Part shown: piece by piece, positions 114,992 through 125,034 of the stretch | Layout of the letters: every line of letters starts with the position of its first letter | How positions within the stretch are numbered: position 1 is the stretch's first letter | The notes under the pieces: model-generated | The model's input: the letters and a program-made list of their open reading frames with translations, nothing else | Told to the model about the DNA's origin: nothing | Database searches by the model: none | Assembly (NCBI RefSeq): GCF_000737315.1 | Contig: NZ_JMCB01000006.1 | Span: forward strand, 20,001-268,000 | DNA from: Hyalangium minutum | GTDB taxonomy: Bacteria > Myxococcota > Myxococcia > Myxococcales > Myxococcaceae | Direction: 5' to 3' | DNA: 248,000 nt | Made by a program: the position numbers and the translations under genes

Positions 114992-117159
114992 GCGGTCGCC
115001 TCCATGCGGTGCGCCTGGGGGGGCGCTCCTGCCGCCGGAAGCCACAGCCGGACCGTCGTCCCGGCTCCCGGAGATGTCTTCACGTCGAGGGCACCTCCGT
115101 GCGCCTCGACAATGTTCCTTGTAATGGACAATCCGAGCCCTGTCCCCTGTCCGACGGGCTTGGTGGTGAAGAATGGATCGAAGGCGCGCAGAAGCACCTC
115201 CTCGGACATACCGCTGCCGGTGTCCGTCACCACGAGTTCCACCCCGCCCCCTGGGGCCACCGGCTGGGCGCTCACCTGCACGGCCCCCCCGCTCGGTGTC
115301 GCGTCCAGCGCGTTGGTAATCAGGTTGAGCAAGGCAGACTCGATTTCCTGGACGCTGACTTCCAGCTCGGGCAGCTCCGGAGAGGGGGGGAGTACCTCAA
115401 AGGAGACCCCCGCCCGGTTCGCTTGACCACGCACCAGCTCCGTTACCCTCTCGAAGAGAACGGCCACCGCCACGCGCTCGCGGATGGGGACCTTCTTGCG
115501 CGAGAAGTCCAGCAGCGCCCGGACGAGCTGGGCACAGCGCTGGGCCTGCCGCTCGATGGAGGCCACCGCACCCCGGACACTGTCCTCCAGGGTATTGCGC
115601 CGCGCCAGCCCTTGGGCGTAGCCGATGATGATGCCCAGCGGGTTGTTGAGCTCGTGCGAGAGCCCCGCGACGAGCGTGCCCATGGCGGCCATCTTCTCCG
115701 ACTGGACGAGGGACTCGCGCAGCCGCTTCACCTCGCGCTGATCCCTCATGATGAAGAGATACCCCATGGGCTGGCCGGCCGCGTCCGCGATGCGTGTCAC
115801 CTGCAACTGTACCAGGACGGGCCCCGCCTCCCGGCTCGTGAGGGTGACCTCCGCCTCGGCGGGCTGGCCGGTGGCGCTGGCGCGGGTGATGAGCTCGGAG
115901 ATGGCCTCCCGGGCCCCCGCGGCCACCATCGGGGCCAGGAAGGAGCTCTCGGCAAGCTGCTCCAGGCGCCACCCGAAGAGGCCCTCCGCGGCCTGATTCC
116001 AGACGCGCGCCTTGCCCTGGAGATCCATCAGCGCGATGGCGCTCGGGGCGGCGGAGGTGATGTGGGCCAGCAGGGCGGCCTTGTCTCGCGAGCGCTCCAG
116101 CTCCGCGGTGCGCTGCTCCAGCCGCTCGAGCATCTCGTCGAAGGTGCGGGCAATGGAGCCCAGCTCGTCCCGGGACCGGAGCCGGATGCGCTGGCTCAGG
116201 TCGCCTTCGTCGACGATGCGCCGCATGGTGTCCTCGATGCGCTCCAGCGGGTGCAGCAGGCTGCGGGTCCCCCAGACGATCACCACCGCGAACAGCACGG
116301 CCAGCAGCGCTCCGGCGCCCACCATCTGCTGGCGCAGCTCCTGGAGCGGCAGGGTGAGCCTCTCGGCGGGCACGGAGAGCACCAGGGACCAGTGCAGCGC
116401 GTGCTGGAGGGGGAAGCCCTTCAGCGGCTCGACCAGGTAGATGGTGTCCTCCTGCTGGAAGGTGGTCTGCACGGGGGTGGGACCCAGGCTCCGGACCTTC
116501 TCCAGCGCCTCCGAGGGAATGAACCCGAACAGCGGCCCCTGGCCGGAGAACAGGGCTGCCTCGAGACCGCTCCTCAGGGCAACCTCCTGCAGATGGGAGA
116601 GGTCTAACTCGGACACCACCGCCCCCTCGGCGTGCTCCTGGTAGAGGACGGGAACGGCGAACAGCAGGTGCGTGTGGTCCTCTCGCTGGGTGACGGTGAG
116701 GACGCGCTTCCCGTCCTGCACCTGCGGCCACCAGGGCTCGTCGGCGAAGTGCACGGCATGCGCGGGGCTGTCCGCCGGCACCCTGTTGCGGGCGATGGTG
116801 CGCCCCGCGAAGTCCACCAGCCACACGTCCGTCTGGTCCCCGCCCAGGCCGGGCAGCTCCAGCCGCTGCATGAAGGGCACCAGGTAGTCACCGCGCCCCA
116901 TCGGGTCGATGACGCTGTTGACCATGAACGTGTTGGAGGCCAGCGACTTCATGAAGTCCCACTTGAGGGTCAGCTGGGCCTCGATGTCGTTGGAGACGGT
117001 GACAGCCGTCAGCTGGAGCTGCTGCTCGATCTTCTCCGCGAGCGCCTCCCTCGCTTTGCCCGAGACAGTGGCGACGAGCACCCCTACGGTGGCCACGTCG
117101 ATCAGGAAGAAGAACAGGAGGATCTTTCCCTGAAGGCTTCGGAAGAAGCGCACGGCCAC
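114982..117159 (-). CDS. HAMP-PAS histidine kinase
   Basis: TM, HAMP DELGSIA, PAS, SHELNNP, DPFFTTK. Confidence 0.92.
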   Translation of the reverse strand: MAVRFFRSLQGKILLFFFLIDVATVGVLVATVSGKAREALAEKIEQQLQLTAVTVSNDIEAQLTLKWDFMKSLASNTFMVNSVIDPMGRGDYLVPFMQRLELPGLGGDQTDVWLVDFAGRTIARNRVPADSPAHAVHFADEPWWPQVQDGKRVLTVTQREDHTHLLFAVPVLYQEHAEGAVVSELDLSHLQEVALRSGLEAALFSGQGPLFGFIPSEALEKVRSLGPTPVQTTFQQEDTIYLVEPLKGFPLQHALHWSLVLSVPAERLTLPLQELRQQMVGAGALLAVLFAVVIVWGTRSLLHPLERIEDTMRRIVDEGDLSQRIRLRSRDELGSIARTFDEMLERLEQRTAELERSRDKAALLAHITSAAPSAIALMDLQGKARVWNQAAEGLFGWRLEQLAESSFLAPMVAAGAREAISELITRASATGQPAEAEVTLTSREAGPVLVQLQVTRIADAAGQPMGYLFIMRDQREVKRLRESLVQSEKMAAMGTLVAGLSHELNNPLGIIIGYAQGLARRNTLEDSVRGAVASIERQAQRCAQLVRALLDFSRKKVPIRERVAVAVLFERVTELVRGQANRAGVSFEVLPPSPELPELEVSVQEIESALLNLITNALDATPSGGAVQVSAQPVAPGGGVELVVTDTGSGMSEEVLLRAFDPFFTTKPVGQGTGLGLSITRNIVEAHGGALDVKTSPGAGTTVRLWLPAAGAPPQAHRMEATAWK

Positions 117160-117162
117160 CTC

Positions 117163-118347
117163 CTAGGGCGCGGAGGGCACCAGGACGCCCTCGGAAGTGA
117201 AGGTGGTGAGCTGGTAGTCGGAGAGCTCCAGCGCCTCGTGGCGCGTGGGGGTGAAGGCGGGCTGATACGTGCGGATGAGTCCTTTATGAGGCCCGAGCTG
117301 TTCCAGGGCGTCGCGGACCTTCGGCCGATCCGTGGTGCCCGCCTTCTTGATGGCCAGCGCCAGCAGCCACACGGCGTCATACGCGTGCGCCGTCCCTACC
117401 GGCGCGGAGATGTCCTCGGCCCGCGTCGTCCCGAACATCTGGTGGTAGGCGGTGAGGAAGTCCTGGGTCCGCTTGTCCTTGGCGCCCACGAAGGAGAACG
117501 TCTGGAACACGGAGAGCTCGACCTCGGAGAGGGCCGGCCCCGCCATCGCCACGAAGCTCCCACCCGAGAGGCCCCAGTGCGCATAGAGGGGCACGCGCTT
117601 GTCCTGGGGCCTGCGCGCCATGCTCTTGATGGCGTTGCTGCCCTCCGGGGCGTTGGCCACCAGGAGGATGGCCTGGGCGCCCATGCGCTCGAGCGCGGCG
117701 ACCTGTGCGTCCATGTTCTCGTCGGCCCAGTTGAACCACTGCACGCCTGCGGGCGTCAGCTTGCGCCGGGCCAGCGCCTCGCTCATGGCCTTCTCATTGC
117801 TCCGGCCCCACGCGCTGCGCTCCAGCAACAGCCCGAGCTGGGTCCGCCCCGGCTTCAGCGCCTTGGAGACCAGGAACTCCCCCACGAGCGAATCCTGGGC
117901 GGAGACCCGGAAGGTGTAGCTGGGTGTCTCGCCGTGATCGATGAGCTCCTTGGTGGACGCCCACGTCCCCATGAACACGAGCTGCCGCCGGTGGATGTAC
118001 GGGAGGCTCGTGAGGAAGGCGGCGCCGTGCAGCCCCCCCAGCACGGCCACGAGGTTCGGCATGTCCGCGAGCTCGGGGAGCTGGGACTCGGCCCGAGCGG
118101 GCACGCCGTGGTGGTCTCTCACCACGAGCTCCAGCTTGCGTCCGCCCAGGAGGCCGCCCTGGCCGTTGATCTCGGAGATGGCCAGCAGCGCCCCGCGGCG
118201 GACGGCCTCTCCCGCCATGGCCGAGCCGGAGCTCATGTCCGCGTGAAGCCCCAGGACAATCGGAGGCCTGTCGAGAGGCTTGTCCTGCGCGCCCGCAACC
118301 CCCGCCACCAGCAGGGCCGCGCACAGCATCCACCCCAGTCGTTGCAT
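117163..118347 (-). CDS. Periplasmic ligand-binding protein (branched-chain amino acid type)
   Basis: INGQGGLLGGRKLEL, AYDAVWLL. Confidence 0.88.
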   Translation of the reverse strand: MQRLGWMLCAALLVAGVAGAQDKPLDRPPIVLGLHADMSSGSAMAGEAVRRGALLAISEINGQGGLLGGRKLELVVRDHHGVPARAESQLPELADMPNLVAVLGGLHGAAFLTSLPYIHRRQLVFMGTWASTKELIDHGETPSYTFRVSAQDSLVGEFLVSKALKPGRTQLGLLLERSAWGRSNEKAMSEALARRKLTPAGVQWFNWADENMDAQVAALERMGAQAILLVANAPEGSNAIKSMARRPQDKRVPLYAHWGLSGGSFVAMAGPALSEVELSVFQTFSFVGAKDKRTQDFLTAYHQMFGTTRAEDISAPVGTAHAYDAVWLLALAIKKAGTTDRPKVRDALEQLGPHKGLIRTYQPAFTPTRHEALELSDYQLTTFTSEGVLVPSAP

Positions 118348-118526
118348 GTACGCCCCCTGGGTCGCCCGTCCCAAGCCCCACCTGTCCTGAGTGCCAGCGG
118401 TGATAACGCGTCTTCTCGCGAGGTGCAGCCACCTCGCTTCCCCCGGGTCTTCTGACCGACACCCACAATGTATCAGGTCCAATCCCGAGCCCTGCAAGCC
118501 GCCGGGGTCCCCGCTATGGTGGGGAC

Positions 118527-119366
118527 GTGAGCCCGCCCCGCTTCGTCCCCGGTCATGAGCCCCCCACCCGCCGCCGCGAAGAGGCCTTCCTGTTTGCCGC
118601 CCAGGGCCTGGAGCTCCTCATCGAGGAGCGGGAGGGCGGCGTGGCCATCCCCCAGGGTGCTCGCCTGCCGGAGCTCGCCGAGGGCGCGCACTTCATCGGC
118701 ACGCTGGATGGGGTGGACTGCTACGCCGCCAGCTGGCCGAAGGGAAAGGAGCCCCCCACGGGGCTGAAGCTCATCGGCGGGCGCAACCTGTTCCGGCAGG
118801 TGGACGAGGAGCTGCTGTTCGTCGCGGGCCGCGCGCTGGCCATCGCCGAGTGGGATGTCACTCACCGCTTCTGCGGCCGCTGTGCCACGCCCACGGACCT
118901 GGTGCCCGGCGAGCGCGCGCGCCGCTGCCCCGCGTGCCACACGCCCTTCTATCCGCGCATCTCGCCTGCGGTCATCGTGCTGGTGACCCGGGGGGACAGC
119001 GTCCTGCTGGCCCGCTCCGCCAGCTTCCCGGACGCCTTCTTCAGCACGCTCGCGGGCTTCGTGGAGCCGGGCGAGTCGCTCGAGGAGACGGTGCACCGCG
119101 AGGTGAAGGAGGAGGTGGGGGTGGAGCTGAAGAACCTGCGCTACTTCGGCAGCCAGCCGTGGCCCTTCGGGCGCTCGCTCATGGTGGGCTACACCGCCGA
119201 GTACGCGGGCGGCGAGCTGCACGTGGACGACAAGGAGATTGCCGAGGCCGGCTGGTTCACCGTGGACACCCTCCCCCGCATCCCCCCGCGCCTGAGCATC
119301 GCGCGCCACCTCATCGACTCGTGGGTGGAGCGGATGAAGGGGAAGGCCGGCCCCTCGGGGAGCTAG
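118527..119366 (+). CDS. nudC: NAD(+) diphosphatase
   Basis: FCGRC..CPAC zinc ribbon, AGFVEPGE..EE Nudix, SQPWPF. Confidence 0.95.
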   Translation: MSPPRFVPGHEPPTRRREEAFLFAAQGLELLIEEREGGVAIPQGARLPELAEGAHFIGTLDGVDCYAASWPKGKEPPTGLKLIGGRNLFRQVDEELLFVAGRALAIAEWDVTHRFCGRCATPTDLVPGERARRCPACHTPFYPRISPAVIVLVTRGDSVLLARSASFPDAFFSTLAGFVEPGESLEETVHREVKEEVGVELKNLRYFGSQPWPFGRSLMVGYTAEYAGGELHVDDKEIAEAGWFTVDTLPRIPPRLSIARHLIDSWVERMKGKAGPSGS

Positions 119367-119469
119367 GGGCGGAGCGCCTGCCTGTCAGGCGCGTGGAACG
119401 TCCCGGGTCAGCCAAGCGGTTGGAATCCTCCGGGGACCGTGCTTAAAAGCGCCCCCCGCTCGCCCTCCC

Positions 119470-120162
119470 ATGCTTGCCGCGCGTCCTCATATCCAGCCCC
119501 GCCGCACACCCACCGCGGACTCCGTGATGGTGAAGGAGATCTACCTCTCCGTGCAGGGCGAGTCTTCCCACGCGGGCCTGCTGTGCTCCTTCGTGCGCCT
119601 CACCGGCTGCCACCTGCGCTGCACCTACTGCGACAGCGAGTTCGCCTTCCGGGGCGGCACCCGCATGAAGAACGCCGAGGTGGTGGAGCAGGTGAAGGCC
119701 CTGCGCGCCCCGCTGGTGGAGGTGACGGGCGGCGAGCCCCTGCTCCAGCCCGGCGTGTACCCGCTCATGGAGGCCCTGCTCGCCGAGGGCCTCACCGTGC
119801 TGCTGGAGACGAGCGGCGCCATCGACGTGCGGCTGGTGCCCCCGGCCGTGCACAAGATCGTCGACATGAAGACGCCCTCCTCGGGCGAGTGCGACCGGAA
119901 CGACTTCGGCAACTTCACCTCGATGAACGCCAACGACGAGCTGAAGTTCGTCATCGGCAGCCGGGCGGACTACGACTGGGCGCGCGCGCTCATCACCGAG
120001 CACCGCCTGCTGGACAAGCCCTTCGGGCTGCTGTTCTCCACCGTGTTCGGCAAGCTGCACCCGCGCGAGCTGTCCGAGTGGATCATCGAGGACCGGCTGC
120101 CCGTGCGCTTCCAGCTCCAGCTGCACAAGTACGTGTGGGACCCTGCTGCCCGGGGCGTGTGA
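119470..120162 (+). CDS. queE: 7-carboxy-7-deazaguanine synthase (radical SAM)
   Basis: SVQGE, GCHLRCTYCD, TGGEPLLQ, QLQLHK. Confidence 0.9.
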   Translation: MLAARPHIQPRRTPTADSVMVKEIYLSVQGESSHAGLLCSFVRLTGCHLRCTYCDSEFAFRGGTRMKNAEVVEQVKALRAPLVEVTGGEPLLQPGVYPLMEALLAEGLTVLLETSGAIDVRLVPPAVHKIVDMKTPSSGECDRNDFGNFTSMNANDELKFVIGSRADYDWARALITEHRLLDKPFGLLFSTVFGKLHPRELSEWIIEDRLPVRFQLQLHKYVWDPAARGV

Positions 120163-120175
120163 GCGCGCTCACCGC

Positions 120176-120619
120176 TCACCACCGGCCGCGGCGGGCGATG
120201 AAGGAGACCAGCAGCCCAACCCACGCCAGCACCAGCAACCCGTTCACCACGCCCAACCCCAGCGCGAGCCAGGCCTGCCCTGCGCCGCCAACGGCTCCTT
120301 GGCTCTCGCGGATCCGGCGCCGCTCTCGCGTGCCGACCCACAGTCCAAGCACGGACATCACCAGGTTCTGCAGCGGCAGGGCCCCCAGCAGCGGGAAGGT
120401 GACGAGGACAAGGACGTTGAGCGCGAGGATGACCTTCATCCTCCGGGGCGGCACGGCGCCCTTGTGCAGCAACGCGAGGCAGCTGGCGCAGGAGGCCGCC
120501 TCTCCCAGGAGCTCGGTGCAGGCGCCGCACAGGAAGGTGCCGCAGCGCGCGCAGGAGGCCACCGCGGCGGCCTCGGGGTGATTCGCGCAGCGCGCGCCAG
120601 CCGGCTCGGGCGTGAGCAT
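120176..120619 (-). CDS. B-box-like zinc finger membrane protein
   Basis: CANHP..CARCG..C..C followed by TM segments. Confidence 0.65.
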   Translation of the reverse strand: MLTPEPAGARCANHPEAAAVASCARCGTFLCGACTELLGEAASCASCLALLHKGAVPPRRMKVILALNVLVLVTFPLLGALPLQNLVMSVLGLWVGTRERRRIRESQGAVGGAGQAWLALGLGVVNGLLVLAWVGLLVSFIARRGRW

Positions 120620-120655
120620 TCACCACCTCCAGCGCCAGGAGCCGAAGCCCAGGCC

Positions 120656-120934
120656 TCAGTAGTCCGGCGGGTACCCCACCATCACCCGCGTCACCCCATG
120701 GGCGCCCAGGCCCAGGAAGACGGCGGCCAGCACCGAGCAGCCGAAGAAGCCCGCGAGGATGAGGTTCTTGCGCGGGTGCTCGAACTGGCTGAACGCGTAG
120801 AAGAGGATGTAGCAGGGGATGAGCAGCACCATCATCCCCGTGCCCACGCTGCGACGGAACGCGTGGATGAACAGGAAGACGGCGCAGACGAGCGTCACGA
120901 GCCCAAACAGAGTGGCGAGCGGCAGGAGCGGCAC
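120656..120934 (-). CDS. Small membrane protein
   Basis: Three hydrophobic segments. Confidence 0.55.
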   Translation of the reverse strand: MPLLPLATLFGLVTLVCAVFLFIHAFRRSVGTGMMVLLIPCYILFYAFSQFEHPRKNLILAGFFGCSVLAAVFLGLGAHGVTRVMVGYPPDY

Positions 120935-121026
120935 GATAGGCCACAGATAACACGGTCCAGGCTTTGCGGCGGCCCCAAGCGCATATAAATGACGCTCACC
121001 CGCCCTCCTTCCGAGGTACCCCTGCC

Positions 121027-121338
121027 ATGGACAAGCTCAAGACAGTGCTCCTCTTCACGCTCGTGGGCGGGCTGATCGGCAACGTGGTGGCCACCTTCAC
121101 GAACCGCAGCTACCAGGTGTGGAACAACACCACGCCGCTGGCCACGGAGACGAAGTGCAACCTGCCGCAGGTGGTGCACGACGTCACCACGGAGCTCATC
121201 CACGCCCAGGCCCTCGGCGCGGGCATCGGCGCGCTCGTCTTCCTGGTGCTGGGCATCGTCTTCGTCCAGGCCCGCGCCAAGAAGCAGCGCGCCACCCCGC
121301 CCGCGCCCCCGGCCGCGCCCACGCCCACGGCGGGCTGA
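121027..121338 (+). CDS. Small membrane protein
   Basis: Two TM segments, typical codon pattern. Confidence 0.6.
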   Translation: MDKLKTVLLFTLVGGLIGNVVATFTNRSYQVWNNTTPLATETKCNLPQVVHDVTTELIHAQALGAGIGALVFLVLGIVFVQARAKKQRATPPAPPAAPTPTAG

Positions 121339-121342
121339 GCCT

Positions 121343-121726
121343 CTACGGGCGCGGGTGGACCTGGACCGTCGTCGAGCCGCTCAGCGAGGAGCCCTCTCCG
121401 TCGCGGATGTTCACCCTGAGCAGGAAGCTCGTCACTTTGGTGACCTCGGGCGCGATCCAGGTCGGCTCCCCCACCTCGGGGTTGCTGTACGTCCCCGCGG
121501 GCTCCGACGGCGACTGGATCCACCGGTAGCGCAGCTCATCCCCATCCTCGTCCGTCACCACCAGGTGCATCTGCACCTCGGTCCCGGAGACCACGTCCTT
121601 CATGGAAGGCTCGGGGCCCGCGGAGACGATGGGATTGTGGTTGGGAGGCCCGTAGCCACACCCCGTCCCCAGCACTCCCAGCAGCAGCAGCGACGCACCA
121701 CCCCGATGCGAGAAGAACGATTTCAT
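121343..121726 (-). CDS. PKD/Ig-like lipoprotein
   Basis: Lipobox GTGC, VTDEDGDEL.YRW. Confidence 0.65.
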   Translation of the reverse strand: MKSFFSHRGGASLLLLGVLGTGCGYGPPNHNPIVSAGPEPSMKDVVSGTEVQMHLVVTDEDGDELRYRWIQSPSEPAGTYSNPEVGEPTWIAPEVTKVTSFLLRVNIRDGEGSSLSGSTTVQVHPRP

Positions 121727-121811
121727 GAGAGCCGGCCCTCCAGCGCGGTGAGTAGGAGCCGCACTTTAGTGCCTGCCCCCCACCCCCGCATCTGCCTCCG
121801 GGCAGGGGATG

Positions 121812-123188
121812 TCACGCCAGCAGCAACTCGACCGTGAAGCGCGCCCCGCCCTCCGGGCGGTTCTCCGCGCGCAGCGAGCCTCCGAAGGTCTCCACGTACT
121901 CGCGCGAGAGCGCCAACCCCAGCCCCGTCCCCTTCCCCTGTGCCTTGGTGGTGAAGAAGGGCGTGAAGAGCCGCGACAGGTGCTCCGGCGGGAAGCCCGG
122001 CCCATTGTCCTCGAGGACCAGGTGCACCCGCTCCTCTCGCGGCTGAACCCTCAGCGCCACCCGAGGGCCTTTCACCCCAGTGTCCTCCAGCGCGTCCGCC
122101 GCGTTGAGCAGCAGGTTGAGCAGCACCTGGCCCAGCCGCCGCGCATCCGCGCGCACCAGCGGCATCGCGGGAGGCACCTCCACCTTCACCTCCAGCCGCT
122201 TCAGCCGCACCGAGGCCAGCCGCATGCTCTCCTCAATGACGGTGGAGAGCTGGCAGTTGCCCACCTCCCTCGGCGTGGGCTCCGCGTCGCCGCGCGCCAG
122301 CGCCGTCAGGTCCTGGACGATTTGCTGGATGCGCACCACGCCCGCCTGCGTCTCGTTCACCACCTCCAGCCAGTCCGCCATGGGCCGGCTCTGCTGACGC
122401 GGCAGCTCGTCCGCCAGGAAGCCCAGGTTGGCCTGGATGAAGGCCAGCGGGTTGTTCACCTCGTGGGCCACGCCCGCCGCCAGCCGGCCCACCTGCACCA
122501 GCCGATCCACCTCCTGAGCGCGCGTCTGCGTGGCCGCCAGCGCCTCCTGCGCCACTTGCCGGTGGGCCTCCGCGTCCGCGCGGGCCTGCTTCATCCGCGC
122601 GTAGAAGTACGAGGCCTGAACCGCCACCATTCCCGAGGCGGTGATGAGCAGCCCCCACAGCACGAGGAGGGAGGCGGAGCGGCCCTCCAGCACCAGCACC
122701 CCGAGCGCCGTCACCAGGCTGGCGGCCGCGCTCAGCAGGGAGCGGTACAGCACCCCCATTGACAGGGCCATGCCCAGCAGGGGCAGCGCGCAGAACCACG
122801 CGAACACGGGGCTCTGGCTGCCGCCCAGCCGCCAGATGATCCACGCCACGAACACCTGCGGCAGCACCAGCCCGGTGATGGACCAGCCCACCGTGCCCCG
122901 GTACCGGGCCTGGATGTGCCGCAGCCCCCAGAACGTCAGCAGCGTCAGCAGCATCCAGAGGAGCCGGATGGCCAGCGTGTCCCACCGCGCCTGCTGCGAC
123001 GCGAGTATGTCCACCGCCCAGAAGGGCAGGTTCGACATCGCCATCCACACCACCGCCCGCTGCTTCTGCCGCGCCACGGTGTCACGGGGAGTGGAGCCGG
123101 TGGGTTCGCGGGAGAGGCCGCGCCCTTCGACCGGAGGGACTTGTTTCAAGAGAAACTCACTTCTCGGCCATTCCAGGAAGACTGGCAA
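121812..123188 (-). CDS. Membrane sensor histidine kinase
   Basis: Multi-TM, AHEVNNP, TPFFTTK. Confidence 0.9.
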   Translation of the reverse strand: MPVFLEWPRSEFLLKQVPPVEGRGLSREPTGSTPRDTVARQKQRAVVWMAMSNLPFWAVDILASQQARWDTLAIRLLWMLLTLLTFWGLRHIQARYRGTVGWSITGLVLPQVFVAWIIWRLGGSQSPVFAWFCALPLLGMALSMGVLYRSLLSAAASLVTALGVLVLEGRSASLLVLWGLLITASGMVAVQASYFYARMKQARADAEAHRQVAQEALAATQTRAQEVDRLVQVGRLAAGVAHEVNNPLAFIQANLGFLADELPRQQSRPMADWLEVVNETQAGVVRIQQIVQDLTALARGDAEPTPREVGNCQLSTVIEESMRLASVRLKRLEVKVEVPPAMPLVRADARRLGQVLLNLLLNAADALEDTGVKGPRVALRVQPREERVHLVLEDNGPGFPPEHLSRLFTPFFTTKAQGKGTGLGLALSREYVETFGGSLRAENRPEGGARFTVELLLA

Positions 123189-123241
123189 AAATCCAATCCC
123201 ATGGATCCGCGAGACCCGTCAAGTCTCTGAAATCACGGCCG

Positions 123242-123508
123242 TCAGGCCACCGGGCGGCCAATCAAGCGCAGCTTCTCGGCGCGAGTCAGCCGCTTGAGGG
123301 CGGCCTCCCGGCGCAGGGCGGTACCCCGGTCTTCGGCGGGCTCGCTCCACACCAGCTTCACGGGGAGGCGGGCCCGCGTGTACGCGGCCCCCTTGCCTCG
123401 CCCGTGCGTGGCGAGCCGACGCTCCAGGTTGTTGGTGGCGCCGGTGTACAGCGTCCCATCACGGCAGCGCAGCATGTAGACGGTCCAACAGCTGGGGGCG
123501 TCCGGCAC
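123242..123508 (-). CDS. GIY-YIG nuclease family protein
   Basis: VYMLRC..LYTG.T..LERRL..H, ALRRE. Confidence 0.88.
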   Translation of the reverse strand: MPDAPSCWTVYMLRCRDGTLYTGATNNLERRLATHGRGKGAAYTRARLPVKLVWSEPAEDRGTALRREAALKRLTRAEKLRLIGRPVA

Positions 123509-123539
123509 GCGCGCCACTGTACCGCAACCGCGCGGAGCT

Positions 123540-123809
123540 TCAGTGGCCGTAGGCCTGGCGCCCCCAGTCCACAGGAGGGCCACACTCCTCCATCACCTCG
123601 GAAACCCGGAGGAGTGGGTCCACTTCCCAAGCTTCGAGAATCCGTGCCTCGCTGATCAGCCCGAGGAGCGTTCCCTTCTCCTCCACGACCGGAAGAAGGC
123701 GCACTTGGTGACGTTCCATCACCCTTAGGGCACACAGCAGGGTATCTGTGGGCAAAACGGTGACAGTCCCCGGTACTGCCGCTTCCTCGCTCGTTCCATG
123801 CTGCTGCAT
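123540..123809 (-). CDS. CBS domain protein
   Basis: LLPVVEE.G.LLGLISE. Confidence 0.6.
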   Translation of the reverse strand: MQQHGTSEEAAVPGTVTVLPTDTLLCALRVMERHQVRLLPVVEEKGTLLGLISEARILEAWEVDPLLRVSEVMEECGPPVDWGRQAYGH

Positions 123810-123955
123810 CTCGAACCTCCCTGGCCTCAGTCACGGGGGAGTAATGCAACCGGCCTGCCGAACCATGTGGGTGCTCACTTTTCGACAGAGCACCCAACGT
123901 GCCAGGGCGTTAGGCTGGCGGGGTGAGGCGAATCCAGACGCCGAGGCTGGTCCGC

Positions 123956-124975
123956 ATGGCGGACCTCTTCTCCCGGGCGGTGAGCCGCAACGGCGAGGGG
124001 CTGCTGACATTGCCGTTCAAGCCGGACGAGCTGTACCGGGTGCCCACGGATGATGGAGCGGCCATTGCGTTGGGGCGCTACCACGCGCGGGGGCAGCGCC
124101 GGTACGCCGAGCCCGTCATCCTCTGCCATGGGCTGGGCGCCAACCGCTTCCACATGGACTTCGACGAGCGCTACAGCCTGGCCCGGTACCTGGCGCGCGC
124201 GGGCTTCGAGACGTGGGTGATGGAGCTGCGCGGGCGGGGGTTGGCGGGGCCAGCGTCAGACTTTACGTTTGATGATCAGGCCGAGCACGACGTGCGCGCG
124301 GCCATCCGCACGGTGGTGTCCACGGGCCCGAAGCAGGTGCTCTGGGTGGGGCACTCCAAGGGCGGGCTCACCTTATATGGGCACCTGGCGCGCAACCCGC
124401 AGGCGCCGGTGCGCGCGGCGGCCACGCTGGGGGCGCCGTTCACCTTCGCGGTGCAGCCGGGCCTGCGCATCTTCATGAGCAAGATCGAGCCGCTGCTGCG
124501 GCTCAGGAGCATCCCCACCCGGCGGATTACAGGCATCGCCGTGCTCGGCGCGCCGCCGGGGCCAATGACGCGCTACATGATGTTGGCCGACAACATGGAG
124601 CCGGACGTGGTGCGCAAGGCGATGGCCAACGTGCCCGCCGACATCGCCGGGGGCGTAGTGCGGCAGTTCGCCCGGTGGATTACCACGCACAGCTTCACCT
124701 CGTATGACGGGAGCTTCGACTACCAGGTGCCGCTGTCCGAGGTGCGCACGCCCTTCCTGCTGCTGGCGGGGAGCCGGGACTTGCTGGCGCCGCCGCTGGC
124801 GGTGGCTCGGGCGAAGGAGCACCTCGGCGGGCCGGTGAAGCTCGTGGTCGCGGGCCGGGCGCACGGCTTCGCGGAGGACTACGGGCACGCGGACCTGGTG
124901 CTGGGCCGCCGCGCGCCGGACGAAATCTTCCCGCTGGTGGAGACGTTCCTCTCCGCGAACGCGACGCGCGCCTGA
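123956..124975 (+). CDS. Alpha/beta hydrolase
   Basis: CHGLGAN, GHSKGG, YGHADL. Confidence 0.9.
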   Translation: MADLFSRAVSRNGEGLLTLPFKPDELYRVPTDDGAAIALGRYHARGQRRYAEPVILCHGLGANRFHMDFDERYSLARYLARAGFETWVMELRGRGLAGPASDFTFDDQAEHDVRAAIRTVVSTGPKQVLWVGHSKGGLTLYGHLARNPQAPVRAAATLGAPFTFAVQPGLRIFMSKIEPLLRLRSIPTRRITGIAVLGAPPGPMTRYMMLADNMEPDVVRKAMANVPADIAGGVVRQFARWITTHSFTSYDGSFDYQVPLSEVRTPFLLLAGSRDLLAPPLAVARAKEHLGGPVKLVVAGRAHGFAEDYGHADLVLGRRAPDEIFPLVETFLSANATRA

Positions 124976-125034
124976 CGCCTCGTGGCACCGGTTGTCCAGG
125001 CCCGCTCGCCGTGCTAGCCCGAGCGCCCGCCTCC

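Noticed and set aside
123242-123508. GIY-YIG gene as mobile element nuclease
   Set aside because: Short stand-alone YhbQ-like type with no intron or mobility context
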